A stretch of DNA of 64,000 bases from PVC group bacterium (GCA_024231215.1 JAAEQR010000142.1:100593-164592); one strand, 5' to 3'; positions 10,777-21,164 are shown, counted from the stretch's first letter. The notes: generated by a model from the letters alone, not told the origin. Translations and numbers: made by a program.

Positions 10777-12483
10777 ATGGCCGATTATGGAAAACTCGGA
10801 GAATTATTAATCCGCAAAAACATCATCACCGAAGATCAACTGGCTAGCGCGCTGCTCCGACAAAAAAAATCAAATTTAAGATTAGGTGAGGAACTCATAC
10901 GCAGCGGGATGGTCAGGGAAGAGGATATCCTATCCATTCTCGCTGAATCAATGAACATTCCATTCATAAAACTGCGGATAGAAACCATTGATCAACAACT
11001 TATTGATAAAATACCCGCGCGTTTTGTCACCCATTACAACTTTGTACCATTAAAAGAAGATAACGGGACATTAAATATCGCGATAAACGACCCGCTTGAC
11101 CTATACACTATTGATGAAATAAAACTGCTGCTCAAACAACCGCTAAAGATATCTCTGGCAACTTCAGCCGAAATCAATGAAGCAATTAAAAAATACTACG
11201 GAGTTGGGGCAAAAACCATGGCCCAGATGCTCGATGACTCTCAGCAGCTGGAGATAATCTCCCAGAAAGAAAAAACCACAGGAGAAGGCTCTTCAGAAGA
11301 AACAGACGATCCTTCAGTTATAAAATTTATTGATCAAATTATCCGCCAGGCAGTTAAAGAACGCGCCACAGATATTCATATAGAACCCTACGAAGGAAAT
11401 CTTCGTTTACGTTACCGGATAGATGGATTGCTCTATGACGTACCCGTACCTTCAACCATGCATCATTTTCAATCAGCCATAATTATCCGTTTAAAGATCA
11501 TGTCTGATTTAGATATTGCCGAGAAAAGATTACCTCAGGACGGCAGAATAAAAGTAAGAATCGACAGGGAAGACTATGATTTGAGAATTTCCATCCTGCC
11601 CACAAATTTTGGAGAAAGCATAGAAATAAGGATACTTTCCCGCAAACAAATATTTTCTAATCTTACACAATTAGGACTGGATCAATATGGCATGGAAATA
11701 CTCAATACAATGCTTAAACGACCGCATGGAATTATCTTAGTTACCGGGCCTACCGGCAGCGGAAAAACTACGACACTTTACTCATGTCTTAATAAAATTA
11801 ATGCTTCCGAACGTAAAATTATCACAATCGAAGATCCTATAGAATACCAGCTCCAAGGGGTAACCCAAGTACAGGTAAAACCAAAAATAAATCTCACTTT
11901 TGCAGATGGATTACGATCAATGCTTAGACATGACCCGGACATTATGATGGTCGGAGAAATAAGAGACCTGGAAACAGCGGAACTTGCTATCCGTACCGCG
12001 CTAACCGGACATCTGGTATTCAGCACTTTACATACAAATGATGCCCCCGGAGCAACTGCACGGCTTTTAGATATGGGGATTGAACCTTATTTGGTAGCAT
12101 CTTCACTAGACTGCGTTATAGCTCAACGCTTAGTTCGTTTAATATGCCCTCACTGCAAAGAAGAGATTAAGCCACATGCAGAACTATTAAGAGAATTTGA
12201 CATGCAGAATAAAGACAGTAAAAATTTAATTTTTTTCCAAGGTAAAGGCTGTGACCAATGTAACTACACAGGATATTGGGGAAGAACAGCCATATTTGAA
12301 ATTCTAAACGTAAACGACACGATAAAAGAAATGATCCTTAATCGCATACCATCCAACACCATAAAACAAAAAGCAATAAGCATGCAAATGAAAACACTCC
12401 GGCAATCTGGATGGGAAAAGATGGTTGAAGGACTAACAACACCAGAAGAAGTAATTCGAGTCACTCAAGAAGACGCCATATAA
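10777..12483 (+). CDS. type II secretion / type IV pilus assembly ATPase (GspE/PilB/MshE family) with an MshEN-like N-terminal domain
   Basis: 568 aa; Walker A GPTGSGKTTT, Asp box, His box, and a tetracysteine CPHC...CDQC. The N-terminus holds two tandem motifs, KLGELLIRKNIITEDQLASALLRQ and RLGEELIRSGMVREEDIL, separated by 5 aa, matching the MshEN c-di-GMP-binding consensus RLGxxLLxxG..xxxxLxxxLxxQ. Confidence 0.85.
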   Translation: MADYGKLGELLIRKNIITEDQLASALLRQKKSNLRLGEELIRSGMVREEDILSILAESMNIPFIKLRIETIDQQLIDKIPARFVTHYNFVPLKEDNGTLNIAINDPLDLYTIDEIKLLLKQPLKISLATSAEINEAIKKYYGVGAKTMAQMLDDSQQLEIISQKEKTTGEGSSEETDDPSVIKFIDQIIRQAVKERATDIHIEPYEGNLRLRYRIDGLLYDVPVPSTMHHFQSAIIIRLKIMSDLDIAEKRLPQDGRIKVRIDREDYDLRISILPTNFGESIEIRILSRKQIFSNLTQLGLDQYGMEILNTMLKRPHGIILVTGPTGSGKTTTLYSCLNKINASERKIITIEDPIEYQLQGVTQVQVKPKINLTFADGLRSMLRHDPDIMMVGEIRDLETAELAIRTALTGHLVFSTLHTNDAPGATARLLDMGIEPYLVASSLDCVIAQRLVRLICPHCKEEIKPHAELLREFDMQNKDSKNLIFFQGKGCDQCNYTGYWGRTAIFEILNVNDTIKEMILNRIPSNTIKQKAISMQMKTLRQSGWEKMVEGLTTPEEVIRVTQEDAI

Positions 12484-12488
12484 AAACT

Positions 12489-13694
12489 ATGCCTGTATAT
12501 GCCTATAAAGCAAAAGTTAAACCTGATGTTTTCAAAACCGGGACTATTGAAGCCGACAGCGAAAAGGCTGCGGTAAATAAGCTTCTCCAGCTTAATTATC
12601 ACCCAATTTCCATCTCTCAAGAATCAGAAAAACGTTTGCAAAAATACCGTCTTTTTCAAAAACTAAGCAGTAAAGATGTGTATATTTTCCTTCGCCAATT
12701 ATCAAATTTAATCAGCGCCGGGTTGCCTCTGGCAAAAGCACTGCATAACATAAGTGTTCAAAGCAATAATCCAAAACTGCGTCCGATTGTAACAGCCTTA
12801 AAAGAAAAAATACAAAAAGGAAAAACACTTTCGGAAGCTTTTGCCGATTCCCCTAATGTATTCACATCCCTGGAAATCAGTATGATCAAATCAGGAGAAA
12901 CCAGCGGAACATTAGCCGCAGTAATTACTAAAATTGCCGATTTAAAAGAAAATGATATCGCGTTCACTACAAAAATCAAAAATGCTCTAGCCTATCCAAT
13001 CCTTTTATTAGTCTCGGGGATACTCATGCTTTTTGTATTAGCTACATTTGTTTTTCCCAGGTTCATATCCTTATTTCAAGATTTAGGCCAGGATCTGCCA
13101 TTCATTACTCAAGTTTTAATTACAATAAGCCTTTTTATGAAAAAATTCTGGTTACTTATTATTGCAGGACTAGTCATTATGGGCACATTCTTCTCCGGAT
13201 ACCTCAAAACTGAACAAGGAAAACTCTGGTTTGATAAACTAAAATTTAATATTCCAATCATTAAAAATGTAATTATTAAAATTCAAATCAGCCGTTTCGC
13301 CAGAACTCTAGGCAGCCTAATTGAAAACGGTGTTCCTATACTTAATTCCTTGCAAGTTGTAAGTGAAGTTGCCAGCAATAAAGTATTTGCCCAGGAAATA
13401 AAAAACATTCATTCTCAGGTAGCAAAAGGGAAACACATAAGCGAAACTTTGAAAAAAAATACTGTTTTTGATAAAAACACATTAGACCTTATTAGTGTCG
13501 GCGAAGAAAGCGGACAATTAGAACAAATGCTTTTTCGTATCGCGCAAATGAATGAAAGCGAATCCACTCAACAAATAGAATCACTGGTATTCATGCTGGA
13601 ACCAACATTAATACTACTACTGGGAGGATTTATTGCCTTTATTGTTTTTGCAATTCTTTTGCCAATTTTCGAGATGAATCTTTTAATCCAATAA
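12489..13694 (+). CDS. type II secretion / type IV pilus platform protein (GspF/PilC family)
   Basis: 401 aa, polytopic; duplicated GspF-type domains; directly follows the ATPase. Confidence 0.85.
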   Translation: MPVYAYKAKVKPDVFKTGTIEADSEKAAVNKLLQLNYHPISISQESEKRLQKYRLFQKLSSKDVYIFLRQLSNLISAGLPLAKALHNISVQSNNPKLRPIVTALKEKIQKGKTLSEAFADSPNVFTSLEISMIKSGETSGTLAAVITKIADLKENDIAFTTKIKNALAYPILLLVSGILMLFVLATFVFPRFISLFQDLGQDLPFITQVLITISLFMKKFWLLIIAGLVIMGTFFSGYLKTEQGKLWFDKLKFNIPIIKNVIIKIQISRFARTLGSLIENGVPILNSLQVVSEVASNKVFAQEIKNIHSQVAKGKHISETLKKNTVFDKNTLDLISVGEESGQLEQMLFRIAQMNESESTQQIESLVFMLEPTLILLLGGFIAFIVFAILLPIFEMNLLIQ

Positions 13695-13704
13695 CGGAGG
13701 AATC

Positions 13705-14136
13705 ATGAATAAGAATTTTATGTACAAATCAGGGTTTACTTTAATTGAGTTAATGCTGGTAATCGTGATCATCGCCACACTTGCTGCTGTAGTTATGCCT
13801 CGTTTTACCGGCAAAGCAGAAATTGCCAGGATTACAGCCGCAAAAGCAGAAATCTTATCAAACATACCCCTAGCACTTGATCTCTATGAATTAGATAACG
13901 GTAGTTTCCCTAGTACCGAGCAGGGAATATCTGCTTTAGTTAAAAAACCAAACATTGCCCCTTTACCAAAAAACTGGAGCGGCCCCTATTTAAAGAAAAA
14001 ACCAATTGATCCCTGGGGAACTCCTTATACCTATATTAGTCCCGGAGTACACAATAAAAACGACTATGATTTATATTCTATGGGTAAAGACGGCGTAGAA
14101 GGCGGTGGGGATGATATCACCAATTGGGAAGAATAA
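13705..14136 (+). CDS. major pseudopilin / type IV pilin-like protein (GspG family)
   Basis: Prepilin leader plus G|FTLIELMLVIVII; C-terminal GspG-like ...DPWGTPY.Y...YDL.S.GKDG..GG. Confidence 0.8.
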   Translation: MNKNFMYKSGFTLIELMLVIVIIATLAAVVMPRFTGKAEIARITAAKAEILSNIPLALDLYELDNGSFPSTEQGISALVKKPNIAPLPKNWSGPYLKKKPIDPWGTPYTYISPGVHNKNDYDLYSMGKDGVEGGGDDITNWEE

Positions 14137-14605
14137 CGGCTTTACATTAATAGAACTACTTTCGGTAATTCTGCTTCTTGTGGTATTAATAACACTAAGT
14201 GTTCCAACCATGGCAAAAACTGCCCGCAGTTTTTATTTTAGGAATAAAGTAAAAACCATCACCGCACTTTTAGAATACGTTAGAAAAACATCCATCGTTG
14301 AAGAACGCACTTACAAATTCATCATCGATTCCGAAACAAATTCATATGAGATTAAATATGAAGACCTAACATTGCTTTACGATGATAAATTCAAAGCCGT
14401 TAATAATTCCATTATGCGCTCTCAAACTCTGCCCGAAGGATTTAACCTAAAAACCTCCGAATCAGAAGAAGAAACAGAAGAAATATTATTCACCTCTGAA
14501 GGAGGCATAACACATATAGAATTATACATCCATGATCAAAAAAATCATTTAGCAAAAATAACAACTACAGTAAGCGGAGAAATATCTGCGGAGTTTTTAC
14601 AATGA
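14105..14605 (+). CDS. minor pseudopilin (GspH-like)
   Basis: Short leader ending in G followed by FTLIELLSVILLLVVL (class III signal); overlaps the gspG 3' end by 32 nt; the ATG at 14111 is an alternative start. Confidence 0.6.
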   Translation: MGMISPIGKNNGFTLIELLSVILLLVVLITLSVPTMAKTARSFYFRNKVKTITALLEYVRKTSIVEERTYKFIIDSETNSYEIKYEDLTLLYDDKFKAVNNSIMRSQTLPEGFNLKTSESEEETEEILFTSEGGITHIELYIHDQKNHLAKITTTVSGEISAEFLQ

Positions 14606-14967
14606 AACAAAACAATACAGGTTTTATATTACTAGAGGTACTAACCGCGCTGGTAATCCTAACTCTTGGCATTCTGGTTATAATCCGGTCTTTATCTGTG
14701 GTTATTAAAAGCAACCGTCTTATCCAAAACCATACTTTGGCCGTTATTATTAGTGATAATATCTTTAACCGCATAGAAGCAAAAGAAAAAATAATCCCTC
14801 CTGAGAAAGTAAGCTTATTAGGGAAAAATTTTAATATAGAACAAGACATAACCGCTATAAATGATCTTTTTAAAAAATATTCTTTAAAAACCACCTGGGA
14901 AGAAGCCGGTAAAAATAATACTATTAACTTTAGCACCACAATAATTGATCCTGAACACCGCCTATAA
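14602..14967 (+). CDS. minor pseudopilin (GspI-like)
   Basis: N-terminal TG|FILLEVLTALVILTL prepilin-type sequence; ATGA-coupled to the upstream gene. Confidence 0.55.
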   Translation: MKQNNTGFILLEVLTALVILTLGILVIIRSLSVVIKSNRLIQNHTLAVIISDNIFNRIEAKEKIIPPEKVSLLGKNFNIEQDITAINDLFKKYSLKTTWEEAGKNNTINFSTTIIDPEHRL

Positions 14968-15022
14968 ATTAACTACATACAGGATTGACAATTTATAGAA
15001 CTAGTTATAAACTAATACTATT

Positions 15023-16213
15023 ATGGATATTTCAGTAGGGATTGGAAAGAGCAAAGAACTTGATTCATTCGCAGCCGGAGCATTAGCATCATCCGATGCA
15101 CTGGATAAGATGGGAAGGACGGATCCTGATATTCTGTTCTGCTTTGCCTCATCACGTTTTGACCATCACCAGTTGATCCGGGGGATAAAAAGTAATATAA
15201 CATCAGCGCCTCTAGTCGGATGCACAACCGCCGGAGAAATAACATCAGATGGCCCGGACACAAAATCAGTAGTTATTATGGCCCTTAAATCTTCGCGAAT
15301 ACATGCGGCATTAGGGATCGGAAAGAAAATAAGTCAAAATTCGCGTTCCGCTGGACAAGAAGTTTCCAGAGATACCGTAATAAAAACACGCCGAGGAGCA
15401 ATCAGGCATGCGTTTATGATGTTTCCTGACGGACTTAAAGGCAATAGCGCGGATATAATCCGCGGTATTCAGGAAGTACTGGGAACAAGCTTTCCGATTG
15501 TCGGTGGAGCTGCGGCAGATGACTTTTTATTTCAAAACACTTATCAGTACTATGATGATGGGGTTTACGAAGACTGTGTAGGCGGAGTTCTTTTTTCCGG
15601 AGATATCAGTGTGGGAATCGGAGCTAGACACGGCTGGTATCCTTTAGGAAAACCGCGGATTGTAACTGAAGCAGAACATAACATAATTCGAAAACTGGAC
15701 GGCAAGCCCGCAGCTAGAATATATGAGGATTATTTTGGCAAAAGAGTCGCTGATTTACAAAATGAACCTATGGCCAGAATGTCGGTTATGTATCCATTAG
15801 GCATGACCATCCCCGAAGAAGAAGAATGTATCGTTAGAAACGCCTTAAGGGTAGATAAAGACGGCGCTCTGATTTGTGCGGGAGAAGTACCTAAAGGCTC
15901 AGAAATTCGAGTAATGATGGGTTCTAAAGAAACCGCGCTTAAAGCAGCAAAAAAAGCTGCGGAAGTTGCTCTCGGAGCTCTTCGCAAACGCAAAGCAAAG
16001 TTAGTATTTATTTTTGATTCTGTATCACGCGCTAAATTATTTGGAAGAAATGCCGCCCAGGAAATAGAAGTCGTTAAAAATATTTTCGGGAAAGAAACCC
16101 CAATAATCGGCTTTTATACTTACGGAGAGCAAGCACCCTTAGGTGCTACTATTAATTTAGGACAAACATTTTTCCACAACGAAACTATAGTTGTGTTTGC
16201 AATTGGAGAATAG
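15023..16213 (+). CDS. FIST-domain sensory protein (FIST_N + FIST_C)
   Basis: 396 aa; FIST hallmarks (FCFASSRFD, VGCTTAGEI, later FYTYGEQAP). Confidence 0.8.
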   Translation: MDISVGIGKSKELDSFAAGALASSDALDKMGRTDPDILFCFASSRFDHHQLIRGIKSNITSAPLVGCTTAGEITSDGPDTKSVVIMALKSSRIHAALGIGKKISQNSRSAGQEVSRDTVIKTRRGAIRHAFMMFPDGLKGNSADIIRGIQEVLGTSFPIVGGAAADDFLFQNTYQYYDDGVYEDCVGGVLFSGDISVGIGARHGWYPLGKPRIVTEAEHNIIRKLDGKPAARIYEDYFGKRVADLQNEPMARMSVMYPLGMTIPEEEECIVRNALRVDKDGALICAGEVPKGSEIRVMMGSKETALKAAKKAAEVALGALRKRKAKLVFIFDSVSRAKLFGRNAAQEIEVVKNIFGKETPIIGFYTYGEQAPLGATINLGQTFFHNETIVVFAIGE

Positions 16214-16218
16214 ATTCA

Positions 16219-17805
16219 ATGAAAATTAATATTTGGCTTATCTTAATTATCGGAGCAGCCGTCTTAAGTGTAGTGGTCATTGTTAATAGCATGGTTGCTA
16301 AACTTATGGGTGGATTTATCCTGCTTGTTTTGCTGGCTTATCTGGCTGAAATGTCTCGCGAAGACAGAGAACAAATAGCCAAGATGCAGCGAGCGTTAGA
16401 TAAATTAAGAAACGCCTACAGCGAACTGGATGAACAGGCCAAGATTATCATCCGTACTGACTTAGAATTAAATCGCACTCAAGAAGAGTTAGATAAAAAA
16501 ATTAACGGATTATATACCCTGCACGAACTGGGTAAACTTATGGGCGCCACGCTTGATGTCCAAAAACTATTCACACAGATAACCGAACCGCTAATTCTCA
16601 AACTTGGTTTTGAAAAAACAATCATTTGCATCACTGAAAAAAGTGGAAGCAATAAACAGCCTCAATGTAAAGCTTGTATTGGTTTTGAACAAATATTCAT
16701 ACAAAAACTCCAAGAGCAAAGTCTTGAAAATGAATTCCTTAAAAATGTTTTTGAAAAAGGAACCGCAATCCTGGTAAAAAACAAGGATTCAGCATCAGAT
16801 CAAGAACGGATATGGCTTAAATTTTTCGATGTATCATCTTTTGTTATTGTGCCAATTGTAATAAAAGAACATGTTCAGGGATACATCTTTGTCGGAAACA
16901 CTAATCCCTACAGCCATATTTCAGAAGGGGATATTGATTTATTGTTTATCCTTTCAAACCAGATTGCCGGATCAGTAGAAACTGCCCGTCTTTACGAAGA
17001 ATTAAAACATTCTCACGACCAATTAGAAATCAGGGTACAGGAAAGAACAAAAGAACTTGCAGAAGCAAATCAAAAACTTGTAAAACTCGACAAAATGAAA
17101 TCCGACTTTGTATCTGCGGTTTCTCATGAATTGAGAACTCCACTAACGTCAATTAAAGGATACGCCGCAATCATGATGGCCGGCAGATTAGGAGAAGTCA
17201 CAGAAATACAACAAGAAAAACTTAAAAAGATCAACGTACATAGCGACGAGTTAATTCAATTGGTAAATGATCTTTTAGATATTGCACGGATTGAATCCGG
17301 GCGGATCGGTATGAGCATAAAACATGCTTCTTTAACAGAAATAATAAAAAGCATAGCTGATTTATTTTTTCCGCAAACCGACGAAAAAGATATCAATATG
17401 GTTCTCGATATGCCGGAAGATCAATTAATGGTCTGGATGGATCCCAGTCAAATATCCCGTGTATTCATTAATTTAATTGGTAATGCCATGAAGTTTACTC
17501 CGCAAAATGGAGAAATTTCCATAAAAGTAAAACCAGGAGAAGATTTTATCACTGTGGAAGTCTCAGATAGCGGAATTGGGATAAGCAAAGAAGATATGGC
17601 TAGAATTTTTGATGAATTCTATCGTGTTGACAACGCGATCAATGTAGAAAAGAAAGGGACAGGATTAGGTCTCTCTCTGGTAAATAAAATTATTACCGCA
17701 CACAAAGGCAAACTTTGGGTAAGCAGTGAACTAGGTAAAGGAACAACTTTCCACTTCACATTATCTACTAAGCAGGTAGAAGACTCACATATAACCGTGG
17801 ACTAA
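16219..17805 (+). CDS. sensor histidine kinase (TM - coiled coil - GAF - HisKA - HATPase_c)
   Basis: 528 aa; N-terminal TM helices; H-box HELRTPLTSIKGY; N/G boxes (GNAMKFT, DSGIGI, GTGLGLS). Confidence 0.85.
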   Translation: MKINIWLILIIGAAVLSVVVIVNSMVAKLMGGFILLVLLAYLAEMSREDREQIAKMQRALDKLRNAYSELDEQAKIIIRTDLELNRTQEELDKKINGLYTLHELGKLMGATLDVQKLFTQITEPLILKLGFEKTIICITEKSGSNKQPQCKACIGFEQIFIQKLQEQSLENEFLKNVFEKGTAILVKNKDSASDQERIWLKFFDVSSFVIVPIVIKEHVQGYIFVGNTNPYSHISEGDIDLLFILSNQIAGSVETARLYEELKHSHDQLEIRVQERTKELAEANQKLVKLDKMKSDFVSAVSHELRTPLTSIKGYAAIMMAGRLGEVTEIQQEKLKKINVHSDELIQLVNDLLDIARIESGRIGMSIKHASLTEIIKSIADLFFPQTDEKDINMVLDMPEDQLMVWMDPSQISRVFINLIGNAMKFTPQNGEISIKVKPGEDFITVEVSDSGIGISKEDMARIFDEFYRVDNAINVEKKGTGLGLSLVNKIITAHKGKLWVSSELGKGTTFHFTLSTKQVEDSHITVD

Positions 17806-17833
17806 CAAAAACATCGCACAGGGAGTTCCAGAT

Positions 17834-18775
17834 ATGAGAAAACAAAAAATACTTATTGTTGATGACGAGCCGGATATCCGGGATGTTTTAAAGATAACCC
17901 TGGAATGCGAAGGATATGATGTACAAGAAGCATGTGACGGAGTAGATGGTTTGGCAAAAGTAAATAAAGTCTCTCCAGACCTTGTAATATTAGATAATAA
18001 TATGCCTAAAATGACGGGACAGGAAGTTTGTGAAATATTAAAAAAAGATATCTTGTTAAGACATATGCCGATAATAATGCTCACCGGCAAAGGAGATATT
18101 CAGGATAAAGTCAAAGGCTTAGACGCCGGCGCAGATGACTATATCGTAAAGCCATTTGAACCTCAGGAACTAGTCGCCAGAATAAAAATGATCTTACGCC
18201 GCTCTTCCCGGGATTTAGACGCAAATCCGTTAAGCCGCTTACCAGGCAATATCACGATTATGAGCGAACTAGAAGCAGCAATCCACAGCGGAAAACAGTT
18301 TGCCGTATGTTATCTAGACTTAGACAAGTTCAAATCTTTTAATGACACTTATGGCTTTGAACACGGAGATGAAGTTATTAGAGAGACAGCCCGAATAATT
18401 TTAAGTACTGCAAATGAAATTGGCAACAAAGAAGACTTTGTCGGACATATCGGGGGCGATGATTTTGTCATCCTTACTACAATAGAAAAATCGGACGAAT
18501 TATCTCAAGTTATTATTGATGCATTTGACAAGACAGCTCCAGCCTTTTATAACAAAGAAGATCGGGAACGTAATTGTATAATTGCTAAAGATCGGCAGGG
18601 CAATGTGCAAAAAATTCCACTTATCTCAATTTCTATCGGTATTGTTACTAATGAATATCGTACTATTTCTCATGTAGCAGAGATCGGAGAAATCGGGGCA
18701 GAACTAAAAAAACTAGCAAAATCAAAAGAACACAGTAACTTTGTGAGAGACAGCCGGAAAGATGAAGCCGCCTAA
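17834..18775 (+). CDS. response regulator, REC + GGDEF-family domain with a GGDDF signature (probably degenerate)
   Basis: 313 aa; receiver LIVDDEPDIRD...LVILDNNMP...KPF; C-terminal GGDEF fold (YLDLDKFKSFNDTYGFEHGDEVI ... HIGGDDFVIL) in which the catalytic fourth residue is D not E, and no RxxD I-site lies upstream. Confidence 0.8.
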   Translation: MRKQKILIVDDEPDIRDVLKITLECEGYDVQEACDGVDGLAKVNKVSPDLVILDNNMPKMTGQEVCEILKKDILLRHMPIIMLTGKGDIQDKVKGLDAGADDYIVKPFEPQELVARIKMILRRSSRDLDANPLSRLPGNITIMSELEAAIHSGKQFAVCYLDLDKFKSFNDTYGFEHGDEVIRETARIILSTANEIGNKEDFVGHIGGDDFVILTTIEKSDELSQVIIDAFDKTAPAFYNKEDRERNCIIAKDRQGNVQKIPLISISIGIVTNEYRTISHVAEIGEIGAELKKLAKSKEHSNFVRDSRKDEAA

Positions 18776-19002
18776 ACAACCCACAGAACACGATTTTTGG
18801 TTTGTATCTAAGATACGTCAGAATAACGATATTTCCCGCCTTAATAAACGACAGCAACGTATTCTAGAAAAAGTAAGGCTCTGGGAGAAATTTAACGGCC
18901 CCCAGGACCAGAAGAAATGGAATTTCTAGAAACACCTCCCGCATACTTATAACTCATTGTTTTTAAAGAAGTTACCTCTTGAAAAATAACTCTCTTTCGC
19001 AT

Positions 19003-19030
19003 TGTTTTTCTAATAAATATATGGTATAAT
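19003..19030 (+). promoter_or_regulatory. candidate sigma70 promoter with extended -10 (TTGTTT-16-TGgTATAAT)
   Basis: TGGTATAAT at 19022-19030, about 50 nt upstream of the 19082 start. Confidence 0.4.
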
Positions 19031-19081
19031 TTATTACCTTTTTTAGACCACATATAAGCAACCACATAAACTATTGATGGG

Positions 19082-21112
19082 ATGAGAGTTATGAAAACAA
19101 AAAAACTCCTTATATTGATATTAATTCAACTGTTTCTATTTCAGCCATTATCTTGGGCTGGAACTAGCGAACTTTCACCCCATTTGCGAATTTCTAACTC
19201 CATTGTTCAAGCAACATTCAAAAACAATCCAACCGATAGTCAATTACAACAAAATTCTGATATCCAGACCAACAGGGAGTTACCCGGACTTACAATCGCT
19301 ATTAATATCAGAGATTTAGGCGTAGAAATACTTTCCGGCGGTAAAATAATTTATAAAAACTGTTTAGAAAAAGCAGAGCAAATTCTGCCGCTCCTAAAGA
19401 GAACATTCGGAGTAAGTAATGTATATATTTACGACAGTTTTTATGAGTTGGGCAAGATGAGTACACTTACCCATACCCGCAAGACGGAAGATTATCTAAC
19501 TACATATAATGACTTGGGCATAGAAGAACGCATAAGCCCCATCCATACTGGAAGAGCGTCTGTTATCGTAAAAAATAATTATATTGGAAAGAAAAAAACA
19601 ATCAATACTTCCAGGGGACAGTCAATATTAGATGATCGCAACGGTAATTCTTTTTCTCTTGCTGGGATGATAAAAAAGATAAAGAATAAATGGAAGCTGA
19701 ATATAAACCCTAAATTATCCGATTCCGAATTTCCCGACGCAAAAAAATCCGCTCAGGCCTTAAAAAATTTTTTAGATACCTCTAAACACCTGGATATAAA
19801 AATAATCACTGATTTTATTCCCTGGATGGCTCCAGACGCGGTGGATGAGACTAATTATAAATGGACGTTTTACACAGAAATAAGCGAAGCTGAAAACGCG
19901 CAATTTCGCAGTCTGCCAGGAGAAAAAGAAAAACAGAAATTTATCGAAAATCTTCTGGCCTGGAGCGGCAACAAAAGTTTTACCGCAGTGAGGATAACAG
20001 AGAATGGATTAGAGCGAATAATTTTGGTCAAGCGCCTGCGGTTTTACGGTATCTATAGCGCCGATCAGGTAGTTTTAAATCCCTTTCTACCGGAAGTTCA
20101 AGAATATTATATAAACACCTTGAAACTTTTAACCGATGCGGGTATTGGCGGTGTACGTATTGACTTGGGCGGCATCCTCTTAAACAAAGGCCTAAAAGAT
20201 CCGGAGGCCAGATATCTTGATTTTGTGAGTGAAGAACAAAAGCAAAGCAGTGAAAAATTGCATGGAAAACCCTGGTCTGAAATTATAGCCGGGGAAGAGC
20301 CCTGGAAAAATATTTTGTCTAAGGCTAAAGAATACGCACGGAATAAAAATGCCCCTCTGGAAGTATTGATGGAAATATACAGCTATGACGAAACGGAGAT
20401 GGAACGGGTATTGGCCTTAGGAGTGGATAAACTTTATTATGAAGACGTCTATGAAAATTACAAACACCTGGAATGGGGGACTCCGGAAGAAAAAGCGAAC
20501 GCGGTTAACTGGCTCTATGAATCGCTTGAATTCATGATTAAACATAAAGACAAATTACTTATTTTCCCGATGTCTAATTTTGATAAGCCTTCGGCAGAAT
20601 TGCTTGGCGGCCCCATTACCGGCATGAGAGCATTGTCAATTTATACAGCAAAAGCCGGGATTAAAACAATGGTTGATTTCAGAGAATTATTGGGACAATT
20701 TGGACAATTTTTCCCTATTCCAGGAGGCATTGAAAGCGATGGTACTTACAGCCACCCCTTTGTTAAGGACGCGGAAGCTGAACAGCGTAAAGATTTTGCC
20801 GGAACACAAAATGCTTTAGACAATAGCCCGTTCCTATCGTTGATTAATCGTTTATTTAATATACAAACAGAGTCCGGGCAAACGATAATGTCCTTGCCGG
20901 TGCTCAAGATAAATCCACCGCAAAAAGACGCGCATGGCAAGCTTCATTTAAGCTGGGAAACTGACCAAGGAATAATTGTGCGGTTTTCTATCGACCTAAA
21001 TAATCAGGGCCAGGACAGTTATCAGGTAGATTTTTTTCAGGACAACTTTCAACAACCGCTAAAAACCATGCACGTATCTTCACATAATAACCTTATCCAA
21101 CAGGCAATATAA
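19082..21112 (+). CDS. large secreted hypothetical protein (signal peptide; possible glycosidase-like TIM-barrel segment)
   Basis: 676 aa; N-terminal signal MRVMKTKKLLILILIQLFLFQPLSWAG; GIGGVRIDLGG resembles the region-II motif of GH13-like hydrolases but no full catalytic signature was recognised. Confidence 0.55.
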   Translation: MRVMKTKKLLILILIQLFLFQPLSWAGTSELSPHLRISNSIVQATFKNNPTDSQLQQNSDIQTNRELPGLTIAINIRDLGVEILSGGKIIYKNCLEKAEQILPLLKRTFGVSNVYIYDSFYELGKMSTLTHTRKTEDYLTTYNDLGIEERISPIHTGRASVIVKNNYIGKKKTINTSRGQSILDDRNGNSFSLAGMIKKIKNKWKLNINPKLSDSEFPDAKKSAQALKNFLDTSKHLDIKIITDFIPWMAPDAVDETNYKWTFYTEISEAENAQFRSLPGEKEKQKFIENLLAWSGNKSFTAVRITENGLERIILVKRLRFYGIYSADQVVLNPFLPEVQEYYINTLKLLTDAGIGGVRIDLGGILLNKGLKDPEARYLDFVSEEQKQSSEKLHGKPWSEIIAGEEPWKNILSKAKEYARNKNAPLEVLMEIYSYDETEMERVLALGVDKLYYEDVYENYKHLEWGTPEEKANAVNWLYESLEFMIKHKDKLLIFPMSNFDKPSAELLGGPITGMRALSIYTAKAGIKTMVDFRELLGQFGQFFPIPGGIESDGTYSHPFVKDAEAEQRKDFAGTQNALDNSPFLSLINRLFNIQTESGQTIMSLPVLKINPPQKDAHGKLHLSWETDQGIIVRFSIDLNNQGQDSYQVDFFQDNFQQPLKTMHVSSHNNLIQQAI

Positions 21113-21164
21113 TTGAGCTTTTTTATCCCTAGCTAAGAAAACCATAGAATAGAAAACAATTTAG

